This document shows, in pieces, positions 29,401 to 39,866 of a DNA stretch of 64,000 nucleotides. The notes beneath the pieces are model-generated. The model saw only the letters and a list, made by a program, of their open reading frames with translations. It was not told the DNA's origin and searched no databases. The position numbers and the translations under genes are program-made. Position 1 is the stretch's first letter, and each line of letters starts with the position of its first letter. The DNA is from Candidatus Bathyarchaeia archaeon. GTDB taxonomy: Archaea > Thermoproteota > Bathyarchaeia > Bathyarchaeales > Bathycorpusculaceae. The stretch is taken from positions 1-64,000 of the forward strand of contig JAVYWL010000001.1 in NCBI GenBank assembly GCA_038727135.1, given 5' to 3'.

Positions 29401-32400
29401 TTAGCTAACACCTCCATCTCCTTTAATACTGCCCTAACCTGGGCTAAAATTTCATCCGTTGTGAAGTGCCCAAGGATTATGGCTTTTGTTGGGCATGCTG
29501 TTCCGCAGACGCCGCAACCCTTGCATAAGGCCTCTATTACGTGGGCGACCATTTTGCCATTTTTCTCTTTCATTTCAATCGCGCCGTAGGGGCATAGAAA
29601 TTCACAGATTCTACATCCACTACATAAATCTTCATCTACACTTGCCACAATTCCTTCCATTTCGAGAACTTTCTTCGACAGTATGGTGGCTGCCCGCGCC
29701 GCGGCTGCACACGCTTGGGAAATGCTCTCTTCAATGAATTTTGGCGAATGAGCCATGCCGCATAAGAAAACGCCGTCTGTTTGAAAATCAACCGGTCGAA
29801 GCTTCATGTGAGCCTCTAGGAAGAAGCCATCTTTCGTCAGCGGCACTTTTAGCATTTCAGCTATGCGCTTATTATCCGGGTTCGGAATTGTTGCAGCGCT
29901 TAAAACCACGTAGTCTGGCTCTAACTGGACCTCCTGCTTTAGCACTGGCTCGTAGAAGGATACTTTCAGCTTTCCGCCTTCGTTTGTGACTTTGGGCTTT
30001 CTCTCATCAGAATAGTTTATGAATATGACGCCTTTAGCTGCGGCCCCGCGGTAGTACTCCTCCTTAAAGCCGTAACTCCTAACATCCTTGTATAGGACAT
30101 AAACATCAGCGTCCGGGTTTAGCTCCTTAATTTTTAGGGCGTTTTTAATGGCTTGTCCACAACATATTCTCGCACAATTGGGGCGCTCCTCGCTTCTCGC
30201 GCCGACACATTGAATCATGACGACTTTTTTGGCTTTGAAGTCACCTTTGGCTATTTTCTCCTCCAACTCGTGCTGGGTCATGACCCGTGGGTCTACGCCA
30301 TACAAATACTCTTTTGGCTTGTACTCAACAGCGCCGGTGGCAACAATAACTACGCCGTGCTCCACCTCTTTTTCCTTGCCGCTGTTCAGCCTTATCTTTG
30401 ATTTGAAGTTGCCCACAAAACCGCTGACTTCAACGACTTCTGCGCCCAAATAGACGTGGATAAGCTTGTTCTCCATAACAGCCTTAACAAGCCTCTTCAA
30501 GTGCTTTTGCGGGTCTTCACCCTCAAGCAGATAATAGATTTTCCTCAAGTGTCCGCCTAGCTCTTTCTCGCGCTCTACCAGGTGGACCTCAAAGCCTTGA
30601 TTGGCTAGTTCCAGTGCTGCAGTCATTCCAGAAACGCCGCCGCCGATAACGAGGGCTACTGGAGTAACGTTGACTGTTGGATTCTTCAATGGTTTCAGCA
30701 GCCTTGCCTTAGCGACAACCGAGCGGACAAGGTCTTTCGCCTTTTCTGTAGCCTCGTCCGGCTCGTGCATGTGCACCCAGCTGCACTGGTCTCGGATGTT
30801 TGCCATCTCAAACAGGTAGGGGTTTAATCCGGCCTCGCGGACGGTTTCGCGGAAAAGCGGCTCGTGGGTTCTGGGCGTGCATGAGGCCACAACAACACGA
30901 TTTAGGTTGTACTCCTTGATCTTCTCCCTAATCCGCTTCTGGGTGTCATCCGAACAGGTGTAAAGGTTGTCTTCAGCATAAACAACATTTGGAAGTTTTC
31001 TGGCGTATTCAACAACTTCTGGAACCCGCACAATTCCGCCGATGTTTATGCCACAGTGGCATATGAAAACGCCGATGCGGGGCTCTTCTTGGCTTACGTC
31101 CCTTTCAGGCGGATACTCCTTAGCAGCAATAAGCTTGCCACGTTCTGGAGCGATTATTGCCATGGCTTTAGCTGCGGCGCCACTTGCTTGAGCAACGCTT
31201 TCCGGAATATCCTTCGGCGAACTGAAGGCTCCGCAAACAAATATGCCGGGCTTCGAGGTTTCCAAGGGTGTGAAGGTGTTGGTTTCACAGAAGCGGTACT
31301 TGTTAAGCTTTATCCCAAGCGCTTTAGCCAGTTTCTCCACATCTTTAGGCGGCTGCATGCCCGTGGATAACACAACCATGTCGAATTCTTCGATTCTCGG
31401 AGTCTCATCCTCGCCAACATAATGGACGAGCAGATTGCCAGTTGCTGGGTCCTCTGTTATGCTTGCAACCCTTGAACGGACAAAGCGTATGCCATACTCT
31501 TCCTGGGCACGCTTATAGTAGGCGTCAAACTCTTTCCCATAAGCCCTTATGTCCATGTAGAAAATTGTGCAGTCCAGCTTTGTCGGCACATGTTCCTTGG
31601 CTATGATGGCTTCCTTAATGCTATACATACAACAAGCGGCAGAACAATAATTGTTCCCAAGCTGAGCATCCCGCGAACCAACGCATTGAACGAAGGCAAT
31701 TTTTCGCGGAATCTCGCCGTCTGAAGGTCTCAAAACAACTCCGCCATATGGCCCGGAAGCGCTTAGGATACGCTCAAACTCTATGCTCGTCACAACATTT
31801 GCGTATCGCCCATAACCATACTCGCTTTTCAACCGCGCATCAAAAGGTTCAAAGCCCGGAGCCAGAATCACCGCGCCGACATTTAACATTATTTCGCTGT
31901 CCTTCTGGTCATATTCAACGGCGTTCGCCTTACAAACCTCTTGGCATGTCCTACAACCGATGCATTTTTCTCGGTCTATCTTGAAGCGTAGCGGAACCGC
32001 TTGCGGAAATTCCACGTATACGGCGCTTCTGTCCGTCAAACCCTTATTGTAGGTGTCTATGGCTTCAACTGGGCATTTTTGTGCACAAAGACCGCAACCG
32101 TTGCATTTCTCTTCGTTTATGTAGCGGCTTCTTTTTCGAATCTTCACTTCGAAGTTTCCGGCCTCGCCTTTCAAGTCCAAAACTTCGCTGTTCGTAATCA
32201 ACGAAATGTTGGGATGTCTCCCAGCAGCAACAAGCTTAGGAGCCAAAATGCACATAGAACAATCGTTTGTCGGGAAAGTCTTGTCAAGTTGAGCCATAAC
32301 GCCGCCAATGCTGGGCGACTGGTCAACCATATACACCTTAAAGCCAGAATCCGCCAAGTCTAAAGCAGCCTGTATCCCAGCAACGCCGCCGCCGACGACC

Positions 32401-32429
32401 AGCACTGCGCCAACCTTTCCTTCAGCCAT
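29397..32429 (-). CDS. hdrA: Large (two FAD-domain) HdrA
   Basis: [20 protein letters not shown]...CCMY; second GGGVSG/CVGAR module. Confidence 0.92.
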   Translation of the reverse strand: MAEGKVGAVLVVGGGVAGIQAALDLADSGFKVYMVDQSPSIGGVMAQLDKTFPTNDCSMCILAPKLVAAGRHPNISLITNSEVLDLKGEAGNFEVKIRKRSRYINEEKCNGCGLCAQKCPVEAIDTYNKGLTDRSAVYVEFPQAVPLRFKIDREKCIGCRTCQEVCKANAVEYDQKDSEIMLNVGAVILAPGFEPFDARLKSEYGYGRYANVVTSIEFERILSASGPYGGVVLRPSDGEIPRKIAFVQCVGSRDAQLGNNYCSAACCMYSIKEAIIAKEHVPTKLDCTIFYMDIRAYGKEFDAYYKRAQEEYGIRFVRSRVASITEDPATGNLLVHYVGEDETPRIEEFDMVVLSTGMQPPKDVEKLAKALGIKLNKYRFCETNTFTPLETSKPGIFVCGAFSSPKDIPESVAQASGAAAKAMAIIAPERGKLIAAKEYPPERDVSQEEPRIGVFICHCGINIGGIVRVPEVVEYARKLPNVVYAEDNLYTCSDDTQKRIREKIKEYNLNRVVVASCTPRTHEPLFRETVREAGLNPYLFEMANIRDQCSWVHMHEPDEATEKAKDLVRSVVAKARLLKPLKNPTVNVTPVALVIGGGVSGMTAALELANQGFEVHLVEREKELGGHLRKIYYLLEGEDPQKHLKRLVKAVMENKLIHVYLGAEVVEVSGFVGNFKSKIRLNSGKEKEVEHGVVIVATGAVEYKPKEYLYGVDPRVMTQHELEEKIAKGDFKAKKVVMIQCVGARSEERPNCARICCGQAIKNALKIKELNPDADVYVLYKDVRSYGFKEEYYRGAAAKGVIFINYSDERKPKVTNEGGKLKVSFYEPVLKQEVQLEPDYVVLSAATIPNPDNKRIAEMLKVPLTKDGFFLEAHMKLRPVDFQTDGVFLCGMAHSPKFIEESISQACAAAARAATILSKKVLEMEGIVASVDEDLCSGCRICEFLCPYGAIEMKEKNGKMVAHVIEALCKGCGVCGTACPTKAIILGHFTTDEILAQVRAVLKEMEVLAK

Positions 32430-32431
32430 CT

Positions 32432-33178
32432 TTATCGCACCTCCAAAGCCTTATACAAAGGCGTATAACCTTCAACATGGTCTAGGGCTATCATGCCCTT
32501 CCGCCTCATGTTCGTTATATGCCTCAAAACAGCAGAAGGCTTTATCCCGAGAATTTGGGCTAACTCCTTAACAGAGCGGGGCTTAATCCTCGCCAAGTGG
32601 TGGATTTTGTAGCGGATGAACTCAGCCCTAACAATATCATCTAATAGGGCGTCAAACTCCGCTTCTGGGATTTTCTCGCCATAAGCGTTCATAAATTCGG
32701 TTAGCTCTTCCTCTCTTCCAAGTAAAACGCGAAGCCTAAAGGCTGAAGCCGCCTCCTTAGCTGCTGTGAGATTGGCTACAATCTCCTCTTTGCTGAGCGG
32801 AGAATTTCCAAGCTTCCAAACCTCTTCGGAGAACACTTTGGCGTAGTGGCTGAAGTTTTTGTCTTCTAACGGTGAGACTAACAGGAGCTTCAGTCGTTCA
32901 GGCTCAAGTCCAGCCAATGCCAGCAACTTCTTCAACATTTTAACGGCGCGTTCAGCATGGAGGTTGCCATCAACAAAGTGGCAGTCTGGAGGCTTACACC
33001 CAACAAGCAGCACGCCTTCAGCCCCATTGACAAAAGTTTCCAGAATCAGCGCTGGGTCCATTCTTCCAACACACATAACGCGGATAACATTAACATTGTA
33101 AGGAACACGTATCTCTTCTTCGCAGAAGGCCCAATTACACATGAAACAAACAATTTTTGGAGGGTTAGAAGAATCCAT
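32432..33178 (-). CDS. MvhD-like protein fused to a C-terminal wHTH
   Basis: FMCNW, MCVGR, GCKPPDCH; SVKELAQILGIKPSAVLRHITNMRRKG. Confidence 0.8.
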   Translation of the reverse strand: MDSSNPPKIVCFMCNWAFCEEEIRVPYNVNVIRVMCVGRMDPALILETFVNGAEGVLLVGCKPPDCHFVDGNLHAERAVKMLKKLLALAGLEPERLKLLLVSPLEDKNFSHYAKVFSEEVWKLGNSPLSKEEIVANLTAAKEAASAFRLRVLLGREEELTEFMNAYGEKIPEAEFDALLDDIVRAEFIRYKIHHLARIKPRSVKELAQILGIKPSAVLRHITNMRRKGMIALDHVEGYTPLYKALEVR

Positions 33179-33185
33179 TTCTATT

Positions 33186-34901
33186 TCACCTCTCCAAGGC
33201 TGTTAAAACCATTGAGAGAATTTGCTCGTTAGAAAGCTTCTTCATAGTTATGGCTCTCTCTGGACAACGTGCTGCACAGAGTCCACAGCCCTTGCAAAGC
33301 TCCTCATTCACTTGGGCCACGCCCTTCTCGTTCTTTTTGATGGCGCCAACCGGGCAAATGACAGCACAGACATTGCAGCCCACGCATTTACCCTCATCCA
33401 CAACAGCCTTGTCACCCTCACATAAGTCCATGCTGGCGAGGCACTCCGCACATGGTCCACAACCCAGACAGCGGAAAGCTTCAAACCTTGCTTGACGCTT
33501 AAGCTTTTCAAGATACTCCCTTGCCTCTTCAAAACTCAAGTGAGGCTTCTCTATTGGAGCGTCGTATCTGCGCTCCTTTTTTTCCAGCAACCGCCAGTCC
33601 TTAACCCACGTGGTCTCTTCAATTTTCTCCTCTTCCCTATCCTTCCGCAAGTCCTCGCCCCTCAAATAACGGTGTATGGAAACCGCTGCACGCTTACCAG
33701 CACCAACAGCCTCGATGATGCTTGCTGGACCAGTGGCAACATCCCCACCAGCAAAAATCCCCGGAACATTAGTTTCCAATGTCATGGGGTCCACTTGCAG
33801 TGGCGGCCCCCGCTTCTCTTTGCTAATAAGTTCTGGGGGCAAAACAGATGTCTCAACAATCTGTCCAAGAGCAGGAATAACCATGTCAACCTCATATTGA
33901 TGTTCTGAAAAGGCAATCGGTATTGGGCGTCTTCTTCCAGTTTCGTCAGGCTCGCCCAAGCGCATTCTCAAGCATTCAACAGCCTTAACCCGCCCATTTT
34001 CGCCTATAATCTGCTTAGGAGCCACCAAGAAATAGAACTTTATTCCATCCTTCTCGGCAAGCTCCACTTCGTGGGGTAGCGCTGGCATCTCCTCGCGAGA
34101 ACGCCTATAAAGAATCATAACCTCCTTGGCGCCAAGCTTCTTAGCAGTTCTCGCAGCGTCTATGGCTGTGTTGCCACCGCCTATGACGGCTACTCTTTCG
34201 CCAACAGCTATTTTCTTGCCTAAAGCTATCGCCCTCAAAAAGTCAACAGCATTTATTACGCCCTCCAATTCCTCGCCTGGCACATTTAATTTCATGCCCA
34301 ATTGTGTACCGATGGCGAGGAAAATCGCCTTATAACCGTCCCTTTTAAGGCTTTCAATAGTTATGTCTTTGCCAAACTCAACGCCAGTCTTTATTTCAAC
34401 GCCTATGTCCTTTATGTAGGCAATTTCGTTTGCAACAACAAATTTTTCAAGTCGGAAGTCTGGTATGCAGTAGCGCATCATGCCGCCCGGCTCAGCCATC
34501 CGTTCAAAAACGGTAACCGGATAACCCAGCTTCGCAAGTTCATAAGCCGCTGTCAAACCAGCTGGCCCAGCACCGATTATGGCTATTTTCTCGCTGTACT
34601 TCTTTGGCACCGGTTCAGCAACAACTCTTCCTTGTTCGCGTTCGATGTCTGCCACAAGCCTCTTTAAGGCGCGTATAGCCACCGCCTGGTCAAGGTTTAC
34701 TCTTGCGCATGCATCTTCACATGGGCTGAAGCAAACCCTTCCGCAAATGGCTGGGAAGGGCATGTCCCGCCTTATGACTTCAACAGCTTCCTTAAACTTG
34801 CCCCTCTGGATAAGAGCCACATAAGCCTGAACATTGACATGTGCTGGACATGCTGCTCGACAAGGAGGTAATTTCCTAACCTCTTGTAATGGCTTTTCCA
34901 T
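33186..34901 (-). CDS. GltD/NfnB-like FAD/NAD(P) oxidoreductase with C-terminal ferredoxin
   Basis: PCRAACP, CGRVC, GAGPAG, GGGNTA, RCLGC, two CxxCxxC motifs. Confidence 0.85.
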   Translation of the reverse strand: MEKPLQEVRKLPPCRAACPAHVNVQAYVALIQRGKFKEAVEVIRRDMPFPAICGRVCFSPCEDACARVNLDQAVAIRALKRLVADIEREQGRVVAEPVPKKYSEKIAIIGAGPAGLTAAYELAKLGYPVTVFERMAEPGGMMRYCIPDFRLEKFVVANEIAYIKDIGVEIKTGVEFGKDITIESLKRDGYKAIFLAIGTQLGMKLNVPGEELEGVINAVDFLRAIALGKKIAVGERVAVIGGGNTAIDAARTAKKLGAKEVMILYRRSREEMPALPHEVELAEKDGIKFYFLVAPKQIIGENGRVKAVECLRMRLGEPDETGRRRPIPIAFSEHQYEVDMVIPALGQIVETSVLPPELISKEKRGPPLQVDPMTLETNVPGIFAGGDVATGPASIIEAVGAGKRAAVSIHRYLRGEDLRKDREEEKIEETTWVKDWRLLEKKERRYDAPIEKPHLSFEEAREYLEKLKRQARFEAFRCLGCGPCAECLASMDLCEGDKAVVDEGKCVGCNVCAVICPVGAIKKNEKGVAQVNEELCKGCGLCAARCPERAITMKKLSNEQILSMVLTALER

Positions 34902-35027
34902 CAAGGTTATCAGCCTTCTTAGAAGCATATTTGAATGTTAAACCAGATATATTAAGCCATCTAAACCAAACTTAACACAAAATTAACATAAAATTTCAAC
35001 ATAAAAAGAGGGGGAAATGGAGGGGGT

Positions 35028-35618
35028 TTATTCGCGAAGTCTTCCTTCGAGTTTGCTAACCCACTTGTTATATTCCCTAGAGCTTAGAAGGCTTTTGAGC
35101 TCCTCCTCAAGCGTCAAGGAGTTTTTGGGCTTGATCTCGACTATCCAACCCTCGCCATACGGATCTTCATTTACCAGGTAAGGCTTATCCTTCAATTTTT
35201 CGTTAATCTTAACGATTTTGCCGCTCACGGGCGCGTATAAATCAAACATAAACATCCAAGTTTCAGCTACACCGAAGGGCTCCATTTTGGCAACTTCCTT
35301 CCCAACGGGTTCGGTCATGATGTTTGCAATGCCTTTAAGATGCCTCTGGGCGTAGTCTGAAACACCCACACGGATGTTTCCTTCAGGGGTTATTTGCGCC
35401 CATGTGTGCTTCGGCGTGTATAGCAACTGCTCCGGAATAGCCAAAAGCTCTTCACGTTTTGCTGCTGGAATTCCCTCAGCCCGCATCAGCTCTTCTAAGC
35501 GCAGCCTTATGGCTTCGGAGACAAATTCTGATATGCTTCTGTATCGTCCTGTTCTTAGTAGTCTCTCGATTTCTTTTATTAGCTCTTGCCTTATGCTTAC
35601 GGTTTTCCATTCAGACAT
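35028..35618 (-). CDS. RHH-GcvH-like fusion lacking the lipoyl-lysine
   Basis: N-terminal RHH; HTW, GVSDYAQ, AETWMFMFDLYAPVSG, NEDPYGEGW. Confidence 0.85.
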   Translation of the reverse strand: MSEWKTVSIRQELIKEIERLLRTGRYRSISEFVSEAIRLRLEELMRAEGIPAAKREELLAIPEQLLYTPKHTWAQITPEGNIRVGVSDYAQRHLKGIANIMTEPVGKEVAKMEPFGVAETWMFMFDLYAPVSGKIVKINEKLKDKPYLVNEDPYGEGWIVEIKPKNSLTLEEELKSLLSSREYNKWVSKLEGRLRE

Positions 35619-35744
35619 TTCATATCAGCCTCCTTTACATCTGCGTGATATATAGAGCAAAGCAAAAGATATATATCTAACGTAAATAGAAAATATAGAA
35701 TAAATAATTGCGTCAAAGTAAATACTATAAATAGAGGGAAGCCT

Positions 35745-36818
35745 TTGGAAATTAGAAAAGTTCAAAGAGTAGGACATTCAACAATGACTGTTTCGCTTCC
35801 AAACGAGTGGATTAAAGAACACGGCATAAAGCCGCGAGACCTACTATTCATATTGCCAGAAAGGGACGGCTCCCTAAAAATAATGCCGAGGCACATAGCC
35901 CAAAAAGAGGAAGCCGAAGAATACATTGTTAATGCAGATGCATGCGACGAGCCGGGAATGCTTGAAAGAATAATTGTTGGAAGCTACATTCTAGGACGGG
36001 ATGTTATACGGGTAATCTCAACAAGCCGCATAGGTAAAAACCACGTAGACGAAGTTCGGAGGATAGTTCAAAAACTTATTGGGTTGGGCATCCTTGAAGA
36101 GACCCCTAAAAGCATACTCTTGCAGTGCTCTATAGACTCTACGAAGTTCAAACTTGACATGCTCATACGGAGGCTTGCCCTAATAGCTTCAACAATACTT
36201 TCTGAGGCTATGCAAGGCTTTAAGGAGAAAAAATATGACATTGTGGAGGAAGCCATCGCACGGGAAGACGAGGCTGACAAAATCTACTATTTGGCGGTGC
36301 GTCTGCTTCTTTCCGCGCAAGTGAAACCAGCCATAGCCGAAGAGGTTGGCATGGTTGACGTACTTTTTATACCAGCTGCAAGGCTGATTCTGCAGTACCT
36401 GGAGCTGGTGGCAGATTATTCCGAGGACTTAGCTAAGGAGGTTCTTGAAATGGAGATTTACAGAAATAGGCTTCCAGAGGATGTTGTTGACAGAATATTC
36501 CATTTAAGCGAGCTAACTCAGACAATTCTCCAGAAATCTATTGAATGCATCTTCACAAGGGATTTGAAGGTTGCAAACCAACTTCTTGAAATGAGAAAAG
36601 TGCTTGAGGTGGACTCCAATAGGCTTATGAGGGAAGCCCCAGAAATCCCCTATGTAAGGTCTATTCTCTCTTGCCTAAGCAAGATTGCTGACAAAGGCGC
36701 CACAATAGCTGAAATAGCCATAAACAGAGCCTTAGAAGATCCGAGCAGGTATGTTGGCGATGTTGTCAGAGCAGTTAAGCATGTTAGAACTCTACCATTG
36801 ACTATTGGAAAGAAATAG
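35745..36818 (+). CDS. phoU: AbrB-PhoU archaeal regulator
   Basis: RKVQRVG...VSLPNEW; EDEAD; ELVADY; KIAD. Confidence 0.85.
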   Translation: MEIRKVQRVGHSTMTVSLPNEWIKEHGIKPRDLLFILPERDGSLKIMPRHIAQKEEAEEYIVNADACDEPGMLERIIVGSYILGRDVIRVISTSRIGKNHVDEVRRIVQKLIGLGILEETPKSILLQCSIDSTKFKLDMLIRRLALIASTILSEAMQGFKEKKYDIVEEAIAREDEADKIYYLAVRLLLSAQVKPAIAEEVGMVDVLFIPAARLILQYLELVADYSEDLAKEVLEMEIYRNRLPEDVVDRIFHLSELTQTILQKSIECIFTRDLKVANQLLEMRKVLEVDSNRLMREAPEIPYVRSILSCLSKIADKGATIAEIAINRALEDPSRYVGDVVRAVKHVRTLPLTIGKK

Positions 36819-36909
36819 CTTTCGAAAGTTAATGCCATAATTCATCTACACTTAAAGTAACAAAGTTAAAATAGGATGAAATGTAAAATAATACTTAGAG
36901 GAAGACGTC

Positions 36910-37374
36910 ATGAGTGATGATTTTGAAGAGGCTTTAAGGAACATAGACGTCTTCTGCAAAGTTTTAGCCAAAAAACTGGTGGAAAGCCTTAGGATAGAAG
37001 AAAGCGAGGGAGAAAATCCCCTAGAGCCTATGGAGGGGCTTTTGAAAAGGAAGTATGTTATTGAGGAAAGGTTCGAGGAAAGCCCAACCGTCAAACATTT
37101 TATTCCACTGCCCCATGCTGAAGAGCCCTTAATAGACATTTTTGAAGACGAAAATTATGTTAAGGTTCTGATGCAGTGCCGCTGCAGAGACCAGCGGGTG
37201 ACAGTAAACAAGTTTGAGGATGGCTTACAAATATGCTTGGAAAATACTTGCTGGAAGCTCAACCTTCCAGTTGATGAGCTGCAAGTGGAAAACATAATTA
37301 TGAAGTGCAACAACAATGAGGCTTTGGAGGTTGAAATTCCGAAGTTAAAGACAACTGTAAACTACAGAAATTAA
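36910..37374 (+). CDS. Hsp20-like protein
   Basis: EPLIDIFEDENYVKV; NNNEALEVEIPK. Confidence 0.6.
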   Translation: MSDDFEEALRNIDVFCKVLAKKLVESLRIEESEGENPLEPMEGLLKRKYVIEERFEESPTVKHFIPLPHAEEPLIDIFEDENYVKVLMQCRCRDQRVTVNKFEDGLQICLENTCWKLNLPVDELQVENIIMKCNNNEALEVEIPKLKTTVNYRN

Positions 37375-37385
37375 GGCGAGGAGCG

Positions 37386-37628
37386 CTAAACAGCCACGCC
37401 CTTCTGTTTAATTCTCCGCCGGCAAGCCTCTTCCTCAGCACATTTTGCACAAGTGTAAATAACGTCAAACTCGCTTTTGGTTGGGTTTTCAGGATTAACA
37501 ATGAATACGAAGCATTCCTCACCCTTTCTAATAACTCCGCCACAACAGAAGCATTTGTGCTCTTTAAGGGCTGTAATCTTCATTTTTACGTCCTCAAAAC
37601 CATATGCTACATCATCAGCTTTTAACAC
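37386..37628 (-). CDS. Small zinc-finger protein
   Basis: KEHKCFCCGGVIRKGE...CAKC. Confidence 0.65.
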   Translation of the reverse strand: MLKADDVAYGFEDVKMKITALKEHKCFCCGGVIRKGEECFVFIVNPENPTKSEFDVIYTCAKCAEEEACRRRIKQKGVAV

Positions 37629-37649
37629 TTTCTAACAGAAGACAGAAAA

Positions 37650-38102
37650 TTAAATTGTGAGAACCGCGTTTAAGCCCTCCGTTTTAGCTGCCTCATAAAC
37701 CCTTTTATCGCCAGTTAAGAAGTTCGTGGCATTTACCGCTTTAGCGGACACTATTTGGAGGGCGTCCGCCTGATACAAATGATGCTTTTCTAAGAGGCGC
37801 CAGCTTTCAATAAGTAACCTAAAACGTATAGGAATTAGCCTTAAAACTCCTAAACGGGCAAGCCTTCTAGTTTCTAGGAGGAACTTGCCTTTGGCTATTA
37901 AGTAATTTCTATTGCTTAATATGCCTCTTACGTGGGCTTTGTCAAAGGCGCCGAGCACCTCGCCTATGTTCCAAGAGTTGAATGTGATGGTTAATTCGCC
38001 AGAATAGGCTTTAAGATAAACCTCTTTAGCAATTTTACTTCCAGGCTCCTTGACGTAACGTTTAACCAGACTACTGGAATCAAGATAGACTACTTCTTTC
38101 AT
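37650..38102 (-). CDS. vapC: PIN-domain toxin
   Basis: YLDSSSLVKRY, E, ADALQI, TGD. Confidence 0.88.
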   Translation of the reverse strand: MKEVVYLDSSSLVKRYVKEPGSKIAKEVYLKAYSGELTITFNSWNIGEVLGAFDKAHVRGILSNRNYLIAKGKFLLETRRLARLGVLRLIPIRFRLLIESWRLLEKHHLYQADALQIVSAKAVNATNFLTGDKRVYEAAKTEGLNAVLTI

Positions 38103-38346
38103 CCCTCATAGTCCTCACAAGGGTACTTACAAGGCCTTTTTTAGGCTTAACAGGCTCAAAATCTATCTCATAGTCTTCAGTGTTTTCTATGTCTTTAACA
38201 GCCTCGTCGAGGAGTTCCTCTACAAGCTCATCCTTAATGAGGTCTTCAAGGGCTTGACTTATTTCTAGGCCTCTCCTCGCTAGGCTTGATTTGTACTTTT
38301 CCCATAGCTCCTTGTCTGCATATATGCTGGTTTTTACTTTGCCCAC
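38080..38346 (-). CDS. RHH antitoxin (VapB-type)
   Basis: KTSIYADKELW; overlaps the vapC start. Confidence 0.75.
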   Translation of the reverse strand: MGKVKTSIYADKELWEKYKSSLARRGLEISQALEDLIKDELVEELLDEAVKDIENTEDYEIDFEPVKPKKGLVSTLVRTMRDERSSLS

Positions 38347-38456
38347 CGCTGGTGCCTCCTATACTGAATATACCTAAATTGGTATTTAAGATTCTCGCTT
38401 TAAACCAAAATGTGCTAAACTTTGCTAAAAAGAAAAATGAAAAATAAAAGTAGATT

Positions 38457-39332
38457 TCAGCCAATTTTTTCTAAAACTTTGTCGATTTTTATCTTGTGGA
38501 AGTCTAGTGCGAGTTCTTTTGGCTCTACTCCTAGGCTTAGGCTTAATAGTTCGGCGTAGTGGATTATTGGTATGTTGTACTCTTCCTTGTAGGTGGTTTT
38601 TATCAGCATTTGTCCAAGGTCAAGGGTTAGGAAGCAGAAGGGACATAGGGTTGATATGCAGTCTGCCCCAGCGTTGTAGGCGTTTACAATTTTGTCTCTT
38701 GCTATAGCTAGTGCCACATCGTCTGCATAGCCTCTTAGGAGTCCTCCGCAGCATCGCAGCTTATTCTTATATGGTATGCTTTTGGCGCCTAGAGCCTCTA
38801 TCAGGGTGTCGAATATGCGGGGGCGTTCTGGATCGTCAAAGCGTAGGAGTTCGCTTGGGCGTAGTAGGTGGCATCCTGAAAAGGCGGCTACCTTAAGATT
38901 GTTTAACGGTTTGATAATGCTTCGTCTTAAGCGGTTTACGCCTATATCATTCATTAAGACCTGTAGGTAATGCCTAACCTCTTTTATGCCTTTAAACTCC
39001 TTGCCAGTGTTGGCTAAAATCTTATTGACCTTTTCACGTAGTTCCGGCTTTTCTTTTAATAGGCGATTTGCAATTGTTAGGGATTCAAAGCATCCAGTGC
39101 AAAGCGTGAGTATGTTTAGGTCTGCTTCTTCCGCTAGGCAAATGTTGTAGGCGGCTATTGCCAAGCTTGTTTCCAAGTCTATTGACTGAAGTGGTGGCGG
39201 AGCGCAACACGTTGCGCCTTCCATGTCTACGAGTTGTATTCCGAGTTTTGTTAGGGCTTTTCTTGCGGCGAGTTCATAGTGGGGCTGGCGGGCGGGTATT
39301 GTGCAGCCTAAAAACAAGGCGTAGCTTGTCAT
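38457..39332 (-). CDS. hdrB: Heterodisulfide reductase subunit B, copy 2
   Basis: FLGC, CC, GCH...RP, CCGG, CPFC. Confidence 0.9.
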   Translation of the reverse strand: MTSYALFLGCTIPARQPHYELAARKALTKLGIQLVDMEGATCCAPPPLQSIDLETSLAIAAYNICLAEEADLNILTLCTGCFESLTIANRLLKEKPELREKVNKILANTGKEFKGIKEVRHYLQVLMNDIGVNRLRRSIIKPLNNLKVAAFSGCHLLRPSELLRFDDPERPRIFDTLIEALGAKSIPYKNKLRCCGGLLRGYADDVALAIARDKIVNAYNAGADCISTLCPFCFLTLDLGQMLIKTTYKEEYNIPIIHYAELLSLSLGVEPKELALDFHKIKIDKVLEKIG

Positions 39333-39844
39333 TGCGGTGTACCCTCCTTCTTAAACATGACTTTGTCGAAGCCTGTCGCCGCCAGAATCTTTTTTATGGC
39401 TTCTATATCTGCTGGTTTTAGTGTTGGTAATCCATAGTCAGCCCTTTTCTTTTCCAGGAATTTCGAGATGGGGGCTAGACGTCCCTCGCTTAGGAGTCCT
39501 GTGGCGAATTCTGTGTATATGGCGGGTATGTTGCCTTCGCGAATGGCTATGTTTCTTAGGGCGTATATCACATCTGCAATCTCAACTTTTTGTGGGCAGC
39601 GTTCTTGGCAGTTGTAGCATGAGGCGCAAAGCCATATAGCGTCGCCCTTTAGAACTTCGTCTCTTTGCCCTAGTAGGGCTAGCCTTATTATTTGGCGGGG
39701 GTTGTAGCGTTCTGTCGTTCTCGCGACTGGGCATGTGCTGGCGCATGTGCCGCACTGGTAGCAGCGGGTTATTGTTTCTCCGCCGAGTCTGCTGGTTATT
39801 TCCCTTGCAAAATCGCGGGGTTTTTCTTCAGCCATTTTGCTCAC
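39329..39844 (-). CDS. hdrC: Heterodisulfide reductase subunit C, copy 2
   Basis: CYQCGTCASTCP, WLCASCYNCQERCP. Confidence 0.9.
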   Translation of the reverse strand: MSKMAEEKPRDFAREITSRLGGETITRCYQCGTCASTCPVARTTERYNPRQIIRLALLGQRDEVLKGDAIWLCASCYNCQERCPQKVEIADVIYALRNIAIREGNIPAIYTEFATGLLSEGRLAPISKFLEKKRADYGLPTLKPADIEAIKKILAATGFDKVMFKKEGTPQ

Positions 39845-39866
39845 CTTTTGCAGTGTTCGCTTTAAG

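Noticed and set aside
37650-38346. vapBC as marker of a mobile island
   Set aside because: No flanking repeats or recombinase seen; an ordinary solo TA pair.
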